Below, piece by piece: positions 1 to 10,341 of a DNA stretch of 64,000 nucleotides. This stretch comes from Paramoeba atlantica (Eukaryota > Protista > Discosea). Both the position numbers and the translations under genes were made by a program. The notes under the pieces were generated by a model. It saw only the letters and a program-made list of their open reading frames with translations. It had not been told where the DNA came from and made no database searches. Positions within the stretch are counted from its first letter, which is position 1. The number at the start of each line of letters is the position of its first letter. The stretch covers positions 558,001 through 622,000 of the forward strand of contig CDRNVI010000039.1 of the NCBI GenBank assembly GCA_977017575.1, read 5' to 3'.

Positions 1-151
1 TAAGCAAAAGTGACGGATAAATAACCTCTAGTTTTAATTAACGTTTCTTTACAGCAATAACTGTTCTACTCTAGTCTAAAAAAAGAACACCTTTAGCTTT
101 TCTACAGCCCTCAACCCAAGTCCTCACCTCCATAGGCTCATAGTAAACTGT

Positions 152-766
152 CTAGCAAACGGGCATGTGACCTAATTTTTGCAGTGTCACAAGATGGAGC
201 ATGTCACGCCGCTCGCATTCCATCGGGTCACATGAATACGTCGTCGCCTGACTCCCCTCTAGGAAGATACGCATCACGCTTAGGTGCCGTATCACAGAGG
301 AGTACTCCTCCTCCGAGGCAGCCTGACGGGCTTGTAGAAGAATCCTTTTCCATTTGTGGTTTAGATTCTGTAATTTCCGTTGTATGCTCTCGTAGCGGTG
401 CTCCACGGAGTCCTCCGTGGGTTCGGGACCGAACTGCGCACTCATGTCATCCATTAACTGCCCCTCCCGTCCGGAATACTGCAGCAGCAGGGAGGGGACC
501 AGTGTCGTGACCTCGTGCTCGGGATAGCCCCGACGAAGGAGATTCTCCAGTCGCCCCTGGACATCTAACATGCGGTGAAGGGGGAGGGAGCAGCACGCAC
601 ACGTCTTTCGCACCTCCGCACACGACGGCTCGCTGGTCTGCGCCTTTAACAGCATTTTGCAGTACTGCTGCTGGTGCTGTAGGTGAAGAAATTCCTGCCG
701 TCGTGCCTCACTCACCAGAATCACGGCCCTGGCGACGTTGTTGAGCTCTGGCTGAAGTGTTCTCAT
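152..766 (-). CDS. Hypothetical protein with a 'Y.GRE..L......FGPEP' motif and a coiled-coil C-terminus
   Basis: 204-aa ORF on the same strand as all neighbours; QYSGREGQLMDDMSAQFGPEP resembles a motif I recall from uncharacterised kinetoplastid proteins. Confidence 0.6.
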   Translation of the reverse strand: MRTLQPELNNVARAVILVSEARRQEFLHLQHQQQYCKMLLKAQTSEPSCAEVRKTCACCSLPLHRMLDVQGRLENLLRRGYPEHEVTTLVPSLLLQYSGREGQLMDDMSAQFGPEPTEDSVEHRYESIQRKLQNLNHKWKRILLQARQAASEEEYSSVIRHLSVMRIFLEGSQATTYSCDPMECERRDMLHLVTLQKLGHMPVC

Positions 767-1239
767 GAGGGAACAGGGAAGGGAAAGAGTGTTCTATGGA
801 TTGTAGTGTAGTTGGATCGGGGTACTCGTTTTTGCTTTTGAGCTCTCGCTGTACTAAAACCAGATAAGAGGAATAGGTTTACCATATAGAATGTCTGGGA
901 TTTCTCGTAGTAATGCTCCATGAGTCATACTGCATGACGTAATTCATGCGGAATACTGTATTCCGTATGCAACGTTGCTGCATGGAACCCAAGGATTACC
1001 GCATCTTAAATTTAAGATAAGATTAAATACAACAAAACGATGAAACATTTTTTTCAAAACTGCCTATGTAATACATAGGCAGTTTAACATACATTGTATG
1101 TTAAAGAGGGAAATTAAAAAGGAGGTTTTGGATGAGTCTCTTGCTATTCACGTAATACATGATTGTTCTAGGCATGCAATATGCACTATGCTGTCACAAT
1201 TTTCATCGTGAATACTGCAAACTCTCCAGCCGTGTTTTT

Positions 1240-3090
1240 CTATACTTGTGTAGCTTCTATTAGCTTGTTATTAAAGGTCTCACGTTTCTCTTGAGCCAAC
1301 AATCTTCTTTCCTCAGCTAGACGGGCTAAAGTTTTCTTACCCAGTTTTTTCATGGAAGAACGTTCACTCAACGGCAACCAGCGATCGGGATCTAGCGGTA
1401 AATTTGTGCTTGTGTCAACTTTGTGGGCACGTGTTCGCTTTCTGCGCTTTTTAAGCATTTTATTTCTTAGGAAAGGTGATGCTGGTGCGCTGTGAGACTC
1501 TGTGGTGTAGTGTTTTACTCGGGGAAGGTCCTCTGTCTCGAGTGTCGATAATTCTGGTCGATCAGTTTCTTCGTCAGTAGACGTCAAACGCTCCGCGAAT
1601 AGTATAGCCTCGTCTGGATTGATTTCACTTAGTAGAAGAACAAGTTTCGCTAGAACCTCTTTGCTGGGAGAAATTTCAACAAGCTTTTTAAGAACTTTGA
1701 CCCCTTCATCAAGTTTCTTCGCAGAACTATACAATACGGCAAGTTCCTTCAAGAGAGCAAAGTAGGCACTACTTCCTTTTTTGTTCTCCCAGTATTTAAC
1801 ACCTTGCTCTAGTACATTGGCTGCTTTTGAAATCTGGTTACTTTTCTGTGCCATACGAGAAACTGTAAGAAGCAACGGTACGGAAAATCGTTTATTTTCA
1901 GGTAGATGACAGAGAACCAATTCCACAAGCTCAATTTTACCATGCAAGTCCCACAAACGTTGAGCGAGAAAAAGAATAAAGGTAAATTGATCCGAGCTAA
2001 AAGGCGTCGCGGTATCACACGGTAACTTTTTCAAGATTGTCGATACGAGTGCCGTCACTTTCTTCGGATAAATTGAAGTCATCACGTGAACATAGAGTTG
2101 CGCAGCAAGCAACTCATATGGATAATCCATGTAAAGATTTTTGGCTCGTTGTAAAGCAGTTTGATGATGACCTAGTCGCATCATATAGAATACGGTATTG
2201 TACTCTACCACAAAATTTTGACGTTTCGTAAGTTTACCACTGTGTTCTGTCAATGTACGCAGTCCTTTGATACATTGAAAAGTGTTGATCATATTGTTCA
2301 ATTTGATGCTGTTCATCTCTGTCACAACACATTCATTTTTGCTTAACTTCCGATTTAAGGACAATGCGTCACAGAGGCGTTTCGTACAAACGTTTTTGAG
2401 ACTCATCGCTACCGCAAGAAGCGTCACAAAGTTACTCGGCTCTTCCTCAACTGTACCGCGGTGGTTTTCCAAAAATTGATCGAGCGAACTTTCTTGTAAC
2501 CACAGTCTCATAGCTTCCTCGCTTTTTCCAATCGAGCTTAGTGCCACTCCAAGGTTGTTTCTGATATCAGGACTATCGAGATTCCTAAGCCAGGGATCAA
2601 GCTTTTCTAACTGAAGAGAACATTCCGATGCTTCAAATTCAGAAAGAATTGCTAATGAATTCACAACTAAAAGCTGTTTCAAATCTGTAGGAAGATCCTT
2701 CGAATTCAATAAGTCCTGGTACATTGCGAACGCATCTTCAAGTTTAGAGCTTCGATACATGCATTGTGCAGAAAGAAGTGAGAGTGGCATCTGGGCGTCC
2801 GTAGTTGAAGATGAAAATCTTCCTATTACTTCAAAGCAATCCAAGTAGCGCTCGCAACGGTAGTAGGCGTAAGCCAGTGCCAGTGGATAGGGGTTATGTT
2901 GTGAATAGGACTCCAAAAATGAGCATATGTCTGAAAAGTGTCCCTTCTCCATTAGAGCATTTAGTTTCTGTCGTATACCTACTTCATTGTAAAGGTTCAA
3001 CTTTAGCACTCTCTCAGAGAGAGCAAGCATTTCTTCAGGATCTTCCACTTGATGCAGTTTTTCCGCCAAAGTTTTTTCAATTTGAGACAT
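1240..3090 (-). CDS. SRP72: Signal recognition particle subunit SRP72
   Basis: TPR-like helical body plus C-terminal KKRRKR...LDPDRWLPLSERS (SRP72 RNA-binding motif). Start placed at MSQIEK (3090); the upstream in-frame part is a T-rich splice-acceptor-like tract. Confidence 0.9.
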   Translation of the reverse strand: MSQIEKTLAEKLHQVEDPEEMLALSERVLKLNLYNEVGIRQKLNALMEKGHFSDICSFLESYSQHNPYPLALAYAYYRCERYLDCFEVIGRFSSSTTDAQMPLSLLSAQCMYRSSKLEDAFAMYQDLLNSKDLPTDLKQLLVVNSLAILSEFEASECSLQLEKLDPWLRNLDSPDIRNNLGVALSSIGKSEEAMRLWLQESSLDQFLENHRGTVEEEPSNFVTLLAVAMSLKNVCTKRLCDALSLNRKLSKNECVVTEMNSIKLNNMINTFQCIKGLRTLTEHSGKLTKRQNFVVEYNTVFYMMRLGHHQTALQRAKNLYMDYPYELLAAQLYVHVMTSIYPKKVTALVSTILKKLPCDTATPFSSDQFTFILFLAQRLWDLHGKIELVELVLCHLPENKRFSVPLLLTVSRMAQKSNQISKAANVLEQGVKYWENKKGSSAYFALLKELAVLYSSAKKLDEGVKVLKKLVEISPSKEVLAKLVLLLSEINPDEAILFAERLTSTDEETDRPELSTLETEDLPRVKHYTTESHSAPASPFLRNKMLKKRRKRTRAHKVDTSTNLPLDPDRWLPLSERSSMKKLGKKTLARLAEERRLLAQEKRETFNNKLIEATQV

Positions 3091-3472
3091 AAAAATAATT
3101 GAAGACTTGAAGACAAAAAGAATATCGTAGAAAAATTGCGCAGAATAGAGGAACAAGTTGAAAAGAATAGAATATTGCAATAAAAAAGTAACAGGTGCAA
3201 ACGTGACACCAAACCGTGAAAAAGTTTATAATTTCGCCCGTTTATTGAATGTGAACTACTCCGACGGAGTACGACACCAGTACGACACTGGCTAAAAACA
3301 ATGTGAACCATCTCAAATTTGTCACTCTACCTTCAGATTGCTAAAAGGCTTCTTTTTCAGTACATTTGTGAATACAATACTGCAATCAGACTTCCGGAGC
3401 ACCCATAGTATAAAAAATCAGCAAAACGTCAATTCCAATCATGATGTAAGGCATGCATGAACCATTAATTTT

Positions 3473-3811
3473 CTAAATTCCGACACAATACACCGTGACA
3501 ATGCATATCATTTCCGGTAATTCATGCTTTACGGTTGATGAAAAGTCGCACGACGCATCCCAATGGCATGCTGAAGCAGCGTGTACACCAGCACCCTTAT
3601 TTTGTAATATTACGCACGAAGTTATGTATTTCCGAGGTGCGCTACTGAGCTCCAGGTATTTTTTTGTGCAGGCTTCTACGATTTGACCGCACCACTGCTG
3701 CACTTGGCTGTGCTGATACGGCGCATTTTCAGGAATAATTTCCGTAACAAGAGATTTGGTAGCTTCCGCTATTTCGTCAGAAGTAAGAACAGAGGCGCTC
3801 GGAGAAGTCAT
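3473..3811 (-). CDS. DYNLT1: Dynein light chain Tctex-1 family
   Basis: 112 aa; Y.HSQV.QW..QIVE, KYI.SCVILQ.KGAG.H.ASACHWD, CIVTVY motifs. Confidence 0.92.
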   Translation of the reverse strand: MTSPSASVLTSDEIAEATKSLVTEIIPENAPYQHSQVQQWCGQIVEACTKKYLELSSAPRKYITSCVILQNKGAGVHAASACHWDASCDFSSTVKHELPEMICIVTVYCVGI

Positions 3812-4379
3812 AAGACTATAATAAATTTAGGTGAGACAAAGAAAGTTTGTAGAACAAATCCTACTCCCCGTCATAATTCTTTACACGGTACATTCTGTGG
3901 GTCTTTGAGTCCGGACCCAGCTCCTCGGACCCACGGGTTCACTTAGGAACTATTCTTAGGGCTACAATAAAAAGCTATCTGCGAAATACACCTAAAAGGG
4001 TAAGTCGAGTACCCACCCAGCTGGGTGAGTGTACCCGCTTACCCGCACTTAGCTACACTTACCCGCTGGTCTATCCCTGGTCTAGGGAGACGCTATGAAA
4101 TTATTTATATGTTGGTGGGCATGTGACTGAGTTGGGTGTCACTTTGGTTGTACAAGTATAATTTTGCAAGAACGCGTTTTTGTATACATTGAACGTATAA
4201 AATCGTGCAAATGTTTTAGATCTGTACGTTCCCGCTGCTTTTAAGTCTCTTTAAAAAAAGAAAAAAAGACACAGATGTTTTTACAAAGTAATAAAAATAT
4301 TTTTAATAATTTTTCTATTTTTTTGGCCTAAGCGCTTATTCTCTGACCAGGGCGTACAAGGGATCAATATGGGAAAATG

Positions 4380-4440
4380 CTCTTTTCCACGGGAACGAGA
4401 TCTCTCGTATGCAATAAAAATGAGCAAAAATATGGAAATC
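4380..4440 (+). mobile_element. Fragment homologous to the right TIR of the 33502-34572 MITE
   Basis: gggaacgagatctct...aaaaatgagcaaaaa matches about 34479-34520. Confidence 0.55.
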
Positions 4441-4580
4441 AATTTGATATCGTGTACTTGTATCAGTCTGTTAAAGGGTTGGCATGCTATCATGACTGTA
4501 AAGTTCATGCAAAAGATTGGCATCATAAATAAGGAAAGGTTTTGAAGGGTTCGAAAGGTTCTCTTAGGTGAATACATGTA

Positions 4581-4665
4581 CTAAACCGTGTTCCGGGTTA
4601 TTGAGCCCCCCCTGCACAATAACTGGCTCTAGGCACAATACGTGGCTCTTGGCACAATAACTTAA
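4581..4665. mobile_element. Solo left end of a CTAAACC-type TIR element with three GCACAATA subterminal repeats
   Basis: TA|ctaaaccgtgttccgggttattg matches the arm of the 10075 element; gcacaata recurs at 4614, 4633 and 4652 (19-nt spacing); no right end found. Confidence 0.5.
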
Positions 4666-5064
4666 TATTGGAAAAACCAAAAAAACGGCAAAAAAAATTT
4701 AATTTAAAAAAAAATTAAGTGTGCGCGTACACTTATTATTCCAATTTTTTAAATTGGCAGTGGACTTCAAAAAATGCTACCCCAGCCTAAACACCAATTT
4801 TTTGAAATGCTTAGCCGAAACGTCTGGTGCTCCGTATTGATCAAAACTTTTGGAGGGCCCCATCTTCGCTTAAAGCTGTAAAAGGAAAACACGATCATTG
4901 AAGTCCACAAACTCTTGAAATGCGTTTCAAAAAAACGCGTAAAAAATATAGCAATGCAAAGTAAGAATTTTGACGCAAACATTTTCTATCTCATATCCGT
5001 AATCATTGTAACATGATTGTCTTTCGCTGCAAATAATCGTCTGTTTATGACTTGAAAGCACATC

Positions 5065-5448
5065 TCATTCCTTGGAGGGGACCACCATATTTGGGATCCG
5101 ATCATTAATATCATAGACTTGTGAGCATTCAGGACAAGTCATCGTCCCATTCAAAATCTCATAGCAATTCAAAGCCTTGTGCACGGCCTCCATTTCTGGT
5201 GAAGACAAAACTTCGGACTCGCAGGATTCGGGTATAGACACGGGAAGCTCCATGTGAATCGGAAGGCCTTCGATAGCAGCTCGTAAGGCTTTAAAATCAA
5301 GCCGATTCAATAAATTTTGGATGAAAGCTTCGTCAAAATCACATTCTACGTACTCTACTTCGTCCTGCGAGGATACCTGAAGGGCTAGGGGATAGCCCAA
5401 ACTGCAGCAGTTGACACATTGTAAAAAATTGTGTGTCAGTAGCCTCAT
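5065..5448 (-). CDS. TRM112: Multifunctional methyltransferase activator Trm112
   Basis: MRLLTHNFLQC...G.MTCPECSQVYDI.DRIPNM; start reassigned to 5448. Confidence 0.95.
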   Translation of the reverse strand: MRLLTHNFLQCVNCCSLGYPLALQVSSQDEVEYVECDFDEAFIQNLLNRLDFKALRAAIEGLPIHMELPVSIPESCESEVLSSPEMEAVHKALNCYEILNGTMTCPECSQVYDINDRIPNMVVPSKE

Positions 5449-5854
5449 GGTGTACAAAGTATAGAAAACCCAAAGAAGAAGAGGAAAAGCCCATTTATGT
5501 GCTTTTTGTATGATAGTGCATAATACAATATGCGGAGTACTAAGTTGTAAGTGCCATGTGGAAATCGTAGTCAATTTATTGCAGAGTTCTAAGTATGTAG
5601 AGAATAAAAAATCAGATATTACTGCAGGATACGTAACATTTTATCTGGAAAGCTATTATTAGTCCTGTAAGTATGCTATTCGTGTCACGTGAGTCAAGCA
5701 AAAGATACTGGTGTGAACCCCCTACGCCCACCACCTAGGCCCTAAGGTTATTAGTAACCTTAGTAACTATGGCTACTCATTGCTTCAAAAAAACGCGTGA
5801 CATTTATATGTAGGGATTGCTTTCCAAGATAAAAAAAATGAAATAGTTATGACC

Positions 5855-7165
5855 CTACGCATACAGACCTTGCGGAGCACCTTTGTTTTTTCGGTATAAA
5901 ACGTTCTCCTTCGCCTTGAGGAAATCAGCCTGGCTGACCTTCATGCGACGCTCTCGCAGTGCTAACAAACCAGCCTCCGTGCACATGGCCTGTATATCGG
6001 CCCCAGACATTTCATCACGTGCCATAACAAATTCTGAAAGATCGACATCCTCTGTGAGTGCCATTTTCCCCGTATGTATGTCAAAAATCATCTTTTTCGT
6101 TTTTTGGTCTGGAAGAGGAAACTCAATTTTTCGATCAATTCGCCCGGGTCTTAACAATGCGGGATCCAACGTCTCAATTCTGTTGGTTGCCATAATTACC
6201 TTTACCTCACTGTGAATGTCAAAGCCATCCAATTGATTCAAAAGTTCCAACATTGTTCTTTGAATCTCTCGTTCCCCGCTGCTGGAGGCATCGTAACGCT
6301 TCGTCCCTACCGCGTCAATTTCATCAATAAACACGACCGAGGGAGAGTTTTCTTCTGCGACACGAAAGAGTTCTCTCACCAACTTCGGCCCGTCTCCAAG
6401 ATACTTCTGAATTAGTTCAGAACCAACAACACGCAGGAAAGTGGCGTGTGTTTGATTCGCTACTGCCTTGGCTAGAAGAGTCTTTCCGGTACCAGGTGCC
6501 CCGTACAGTATTACCCCTTTAGGAGGTTTGATACCAATTTCCTCATAGAGCTCTGGATGGGTTAGGGGATACTCAACAGCTTCCTTGATTTCTTGAATCT
6601 GATTTTCCAAGCCTCCAATATCGGCGTAGGACTCTTGTGGGGCTTTCTCTACCTTCATTACACTCACGAGAGGGTCGGCATCATCTTCTAGAACGCCCAC
6701 CACCGCATAGGTTTTATTATGAATCAAGACACTACACCCAGGCTCGATAAGTTCCTTGTCCACAAAGCTCATGACGGGAACATAGTGCTCCCCAATGCTC
6801 TCTACAATGGCATGCTGATCATCCACCATCTCCTCAAGCGTCGCAACCTGCAAAGGCATTCCTTGAATTTCCTGTACTTTACGCAATTCCTGTTCCACTG
6901 CACTGGGCGCCGCTGTTGTATCGGTGTCACCAAAGGAGTCAATAAACTCTTCCTCCATAAGCAAGTAATCCTTAATTCGGGCGAGCCTTAGGGCTTTAAG
7001 CCTACAAGCTTTAGCTGGATACACCTTTGGGAGACGTGAGATCGCTGCTTGGGTTCGTTTCTTCTTTTTCTTTCCAACAGTAGGGGCTGCAGGAGGCTCC
7101 CATTTTCGCTTTTCCTCCGTGTTGCCGTCATCGTTAGCTCCTATATTGCTCTGGGACTGTCCCAT
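5855..7165 (-). CDS. RPT2: 26S proteasome AAA-ATPase subunit Rpt2 (S4)
   Basis: MGQSQS N-terminus, GAPGTGKT Walker A, FIDEID Walker B, C-terminal GLYA HbYX tail. Confidence 0.98.
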   Translation of the reverse strand: MGQSQSNIGANDDGNTEEKRKWEPPAAPTVGKKKKKRTQAAISRLPKVYPAKACRLKALRLARIKDYLLMEEEFIDSFGDTDTTAAPSAVEQELRKVQEIQGMPLQVATLEEMVDDQHAIVESIGEHYVPVMSFVDKELIEPGCSVLIHNKTYAVVGVLEDDADPLVSVMKVEKAPQESYADIGGLENQIQEIKEAVEYPLTHPELYEEIGIKPPKGVILYGAPGTGKTLLAKAVANQTHATFLRVVGSELIQKYLGDGPKLVRELFRVAEENSPSVVFIDEIDAVGTKRYDASSSGEREIQRTMLELLNQLDGFDIHSEVKVIMATNRIETLDPALLRPGRIDRKIEFPLPDQKTKKMIFDIHTGKMALTEDVDLSEFVMARDEMSGADIQAMCTEAGLLALRERRMKVSQADFLKAKENVLYRKNKGAPQGLYA

Positions 7166-7508
7166 TCTGCGAAACAAAATAAAAGTCAGAAAAATATCAG
7201 AAAAAAGAAAAATAGCAGTGTTCTATCTACATTAAGACTAAATACATTAAGAACCCAAGATATACACAATCAATATCTGACATGTTTATTATCCAGATCA
7301 GTATCGTTTTTATCTCTTGCTGTCATACGAAACTTAGTAAAGCTACTGTATCCAGATAATTTGTACAACTAGATGTTGGTTCCCTATTGCTGACGATTAT
7401 AAGTGTATGAAGGACGATACCACAGAAAGCAAGATCGTAATTTCCTTCAGAAATGCAGCACAAGCGTTTTGCTGTACAAATATGCGACAGCATATGTAAT
7501 GAGTGTGT

Positions 7509-7778
7509 TTATCTTGCCTGTAAGTCTCGTCGCATTTCTTCAGCTTTACGGTTATAATGGCGGATATCATAGAGTTCTTGAGTTTTGTAGCTAGCAAAAT
7601 CTTTCCGATTCTGTGCCGCAATATCGCTCCATATTGGGTAGAGTTCTTTCATGCGATTCCATAACTTGTAATTTGCATATACGCAGAATGTGAGCCAAAT
7701 ACCGGAGAACACTCTACATGGGTGTTGACGAATGTACTTAGCAGGATCAAAATTCCGAATGGCAGTCAACACAGTCAT
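7509..7778 (-). CDS. Small single-pass membrane protein (possibly a mitochondrial complex subunit)
   Basis: 89 aa from MTVLTAIR; one hydrophobic segment (VFSGIWLTFCVYANY) then a charged helix. Confidence 0.6.
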   Translation of the reverse strand: MTVLTAIRNFDPAKYIRQHPCRVFSGIWLTFCVYANYKLWNRMKELYPIWSDIAAQNRKDFASYKTQELYDIRHYNRKAEEMRRDLQAR

Positions 7779-7925
7779 GGCGTTGTGGCTAAAGAATAGG
7801 GTACTGTAGCTATCAAAACAGTATAGAGACGACATGAGTCGAAGAAAAGTCAAGAATTTATTGTATATCCCGAATGAAAAGAATTTATTTAGTTTTATAG
7901 TTGAACAAACTCCGAGGATCGTGTT

Positions 7926-9974
7926 TTACGAAGAGCGATGCATTACACTTTGTTCGAGGCGTGGAATGTCAGGTCTACTTTCAATCCAATCATTAAGGTC
8001 CGACGGACTGATGTTCCAGGGAAGGTAAAGTTCACCTTTCGCAGATATTGAAATAGAGGTATTTTCCGGGGCTACTAATATGCAAAGAAAATCGTTGTCA
8101 CAAGACTTTGTCTGCTCTTGTGTACGTTTCTTCTCAAATTCGTGGCCGAGATCTTCGTAAAGAACTCTATTTTCAAGTGACGTGCGACAGTTAGAGTTAG
8201 CGAACGCCTGAATAAATGTGTAAAGTTGATCCATCGCAACACGTGGTGAGGACCTTTTTAGTATGGATCGAATGTGCATCTCTCGAAGGTCGGTTTCAAT
8301 GAGATCCCGTACCTGACAACAGGCAGCTACGTATTGAAACCACACGTTAAAGAATCTCTGACTTGATATGTTTGAATTGTCTAAAATAGCAATACTAGTG
8401 TCCATGGCTGCTCCTGCTTCACACCACCAAAAGTCTTGAGGGATATGGTCCACCAGAGCACCAGTGCCAGACACGAAATCACTTTTATGAACGTCACAAC
8501 CCTGAGAAAACAAGCGCAAGGGAAGTTTTGCTCCACCTAACCTTTTCATAAAGATTAACTCCTCCTCATCGGCAAACCCATATGTGCGCGTGAAAAATCT
8601 TCGACTAGAATCCGGAAGTTTCTGTCGTAAATAATATACTTGGGCTCTTACGTGTTTTCTTTTTATTAAGCGGGTTTCAAGTTTCTTTGAAGCCTCCTCC
8701 AGGCCCTTCAGAAAAGGAACATAAGACGAGCACAAACATATTCTAACAATATACTTTGGAATGCGTGAATTAGAGGGCTCTGTTGGGTCTTTCGATACGA
8801 CCACTCGAAGATTTCCATTGTCATCCGTTGTGTTTTCTCGAGGCAGATCAAGCTGGACACGAGTGACAGTGCCCGTAGTAAGATTTTTAAGTGATACGCT
8901 TGCATCGCCATCTAAATCACATTCGGTACCATCAGAATCTAACGAAGCGGAACGAATAGATTGCGAATCCGTTTCTGTCGCAGAAACAGCGTGCATTCCA
9001 AGCTCACGCAGGCATACTGATCGTCGAACATTAGAAGTCTCGTTTTGTTCACCAATAGTAATGCTTTGAGCAAGATTTTCAATCACCTCCACCTTTTTCC
9101 GCATTTCTTGAATTCCCTCGGAATATAAGTCTAAGGGAACGTGAAAGGGAATACCGCTCCATTGGAGTGCAAGGATGTCCAAACATTTTTGAACCCGTTT
9201 TTTGAGAGTAAAATATTCTATCGAAATACACTCCAATTTATGAACAGTATCGGAGTTTAGTTCAGAAACCGTAAAGTCACTATGGGGTTTGCGAATTCTC
9301 AAAGAGGAACTGTACTCCACAGTCTCCGAATCACACGATTCTTGTTTTTCTTTCCGCGAAAAATTAAGGTTTAACTTTATAGCTCCTACGAGCAGAAGTG
9401 GTTTTGGGGATACTGGTAGATTCACAGTGCTATCTCTTTGGCGAAAACATTCACGAATAATAAGTGGCATTGTTTTGTTTACTTTTGCGAGTTCTTGATT
9501 AGCCACATGAAGATTGTTAATTAGGTTATTGCCTGCATCAACAAATGTGAAGCAAGATTGTGGAAGATCCAAGTGTAGTTGAGTCTCAAATTCGGTCTCT
9601 GAGCTAAGCATTCGACAAGCATCAACAAGATGGCGACGGATTTGATCACTCAAGAGCGTGCGCGTTTTGCATTCTTGTGCTATACGGTGCCAGGACCATT
9701 TACGTGCATGTACTGTGTGAGTGCCACAAGCACCCTGTTCTCGTACATTGTGTCCATACCTTTTCAGGTATACGCTTGCTTTCATCTCACGTAGCAAGGT
9801 ATGATAGGCTGACGTAAGAGCGCAAAATTTTTCAGGTGCATTGCTCTCCTTAGAGACATCTGGATGCATCTTCAATACGGAGGCGAAATATGCGTTGCGC
9901 AGTTGACTGGTAGTTTTGACTGGCCCTGATAATCCGAGCACTTTCCACAGACTGCTAGCCAAAGGTTTCTTCAT
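7926..9974 (-). CDS. DnaJ-domain protein
   Basis: N-terminal J-domain: WKVLGL...LRNAY...MHPD...KFCALTSAYHTL; remainder not recognised. Confidence 0.8.
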   Translation of the reverse strand: MKKPLASSLWKVLGLSGPVKTTSQLRNAYFASVLKMHPDVSKESNAPEKFCALTSAYHTLLREMKASVYLKRYGHNVREQGACGTHTVHARKWSWHRIAQECKTRTLLSDQIRRHLVDACRMLSSETEFETQLHLDLPQSCFTFVDAGNNLINNLHVANQELAKVNKTMPLIIRECFRQRDSTVNLPVSPKPLLLVGAIKLNLNFSRKEKQESCDSETVEYSSSLRIRKPHSDFTVSELNSDTVHKLECISIEYFTLKKRVQKCLDILALQWSGIPFHVPLDLYSEGIQEMRKKVEVIENLAQSITIGEQNETSNVRRSVCLRELGMHAVSATETDSQSIRSASLDSDGTECDLDGDASVSLKNLTTGTVTRVQLDLPRENTTDDNGNLRVVVSKDPTEPSNSRIPKYIVRICLCSSYVPFLKGLEEASKKLETRLIKRKHVRAQVYYLRQKLPDSSRRFFTRTYGFADEEELIFMKRLGGAKLPLRLFSQGCDVHKSDFVSGTGALVDHIPQDFWWCEAGAAMDTSIAILDNSNISSQRFFNVWFQYVAACCQVRDLIETDLREMHIRSILKRSSPRVAMDQLYTFIQAFANSNCRTSLENRVLYEDLGHEFEKKRTQEQTKSCDNDFLCILVAPENTSISISAKGELYLPWNISPSDLNDWIESRPDIPRLEQSVMHRSS

Positions 9975-10074
9975 GGAAACGGAGCAAAAAGACTTCGAAA
10001 GTCTCTTCTATACGAAACGCCCATGCTAATATAATTGTATATAGAAACAGTTATCAGCTGTATAGACTACCTAA

Positions 10075-10152
10075 CTAAACCACCATCCGGGTTATTGTAC
10101 ATAGGAGGTACAATAAGTGCCCCTGGGTACAATAATCCGGACGGTGGTTCAA
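10075..10152. mobile_element. 78-bp miniature inverted-repeat element (almost only TIRs)
   Basis: taaaccaccatccgggttattgtac (10076-10100) versus gtacaataatccggacggtggttca (10127-10151): 25-bp arms with 3 mismatches; a third gtacaataa copy lies in the loop. Confidence 0.7.
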
Positions 10153-10341
10153 TATATTTCGTGCCTAATAGGGTGTTCAGAATACGTGTACATAATACTC
10201 TACAGTAGCTAACCTTTTTCACGGAATTAAACATGTATCACATTCCGGAGTTCCACCTCCTTCGGAAGCTTGAAGCGAAGTTAAACCGAGAAATATTACA
10301 CCGAATGATATTTACCCTTACTCCCATGGTATTCATCACTC

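Noticed and set aside
3900-4090. taccc/acccg-rich segment resembling a TIR element end
   Set aside because: No matching partner end or TSD found.
5740-5770. ctaaggttattagtaaccttag as a homing-endonuclease (I-CeuI-like) site
   Set aside because: Only superficial similarity; it is simply a 9-bp stem hairpin.
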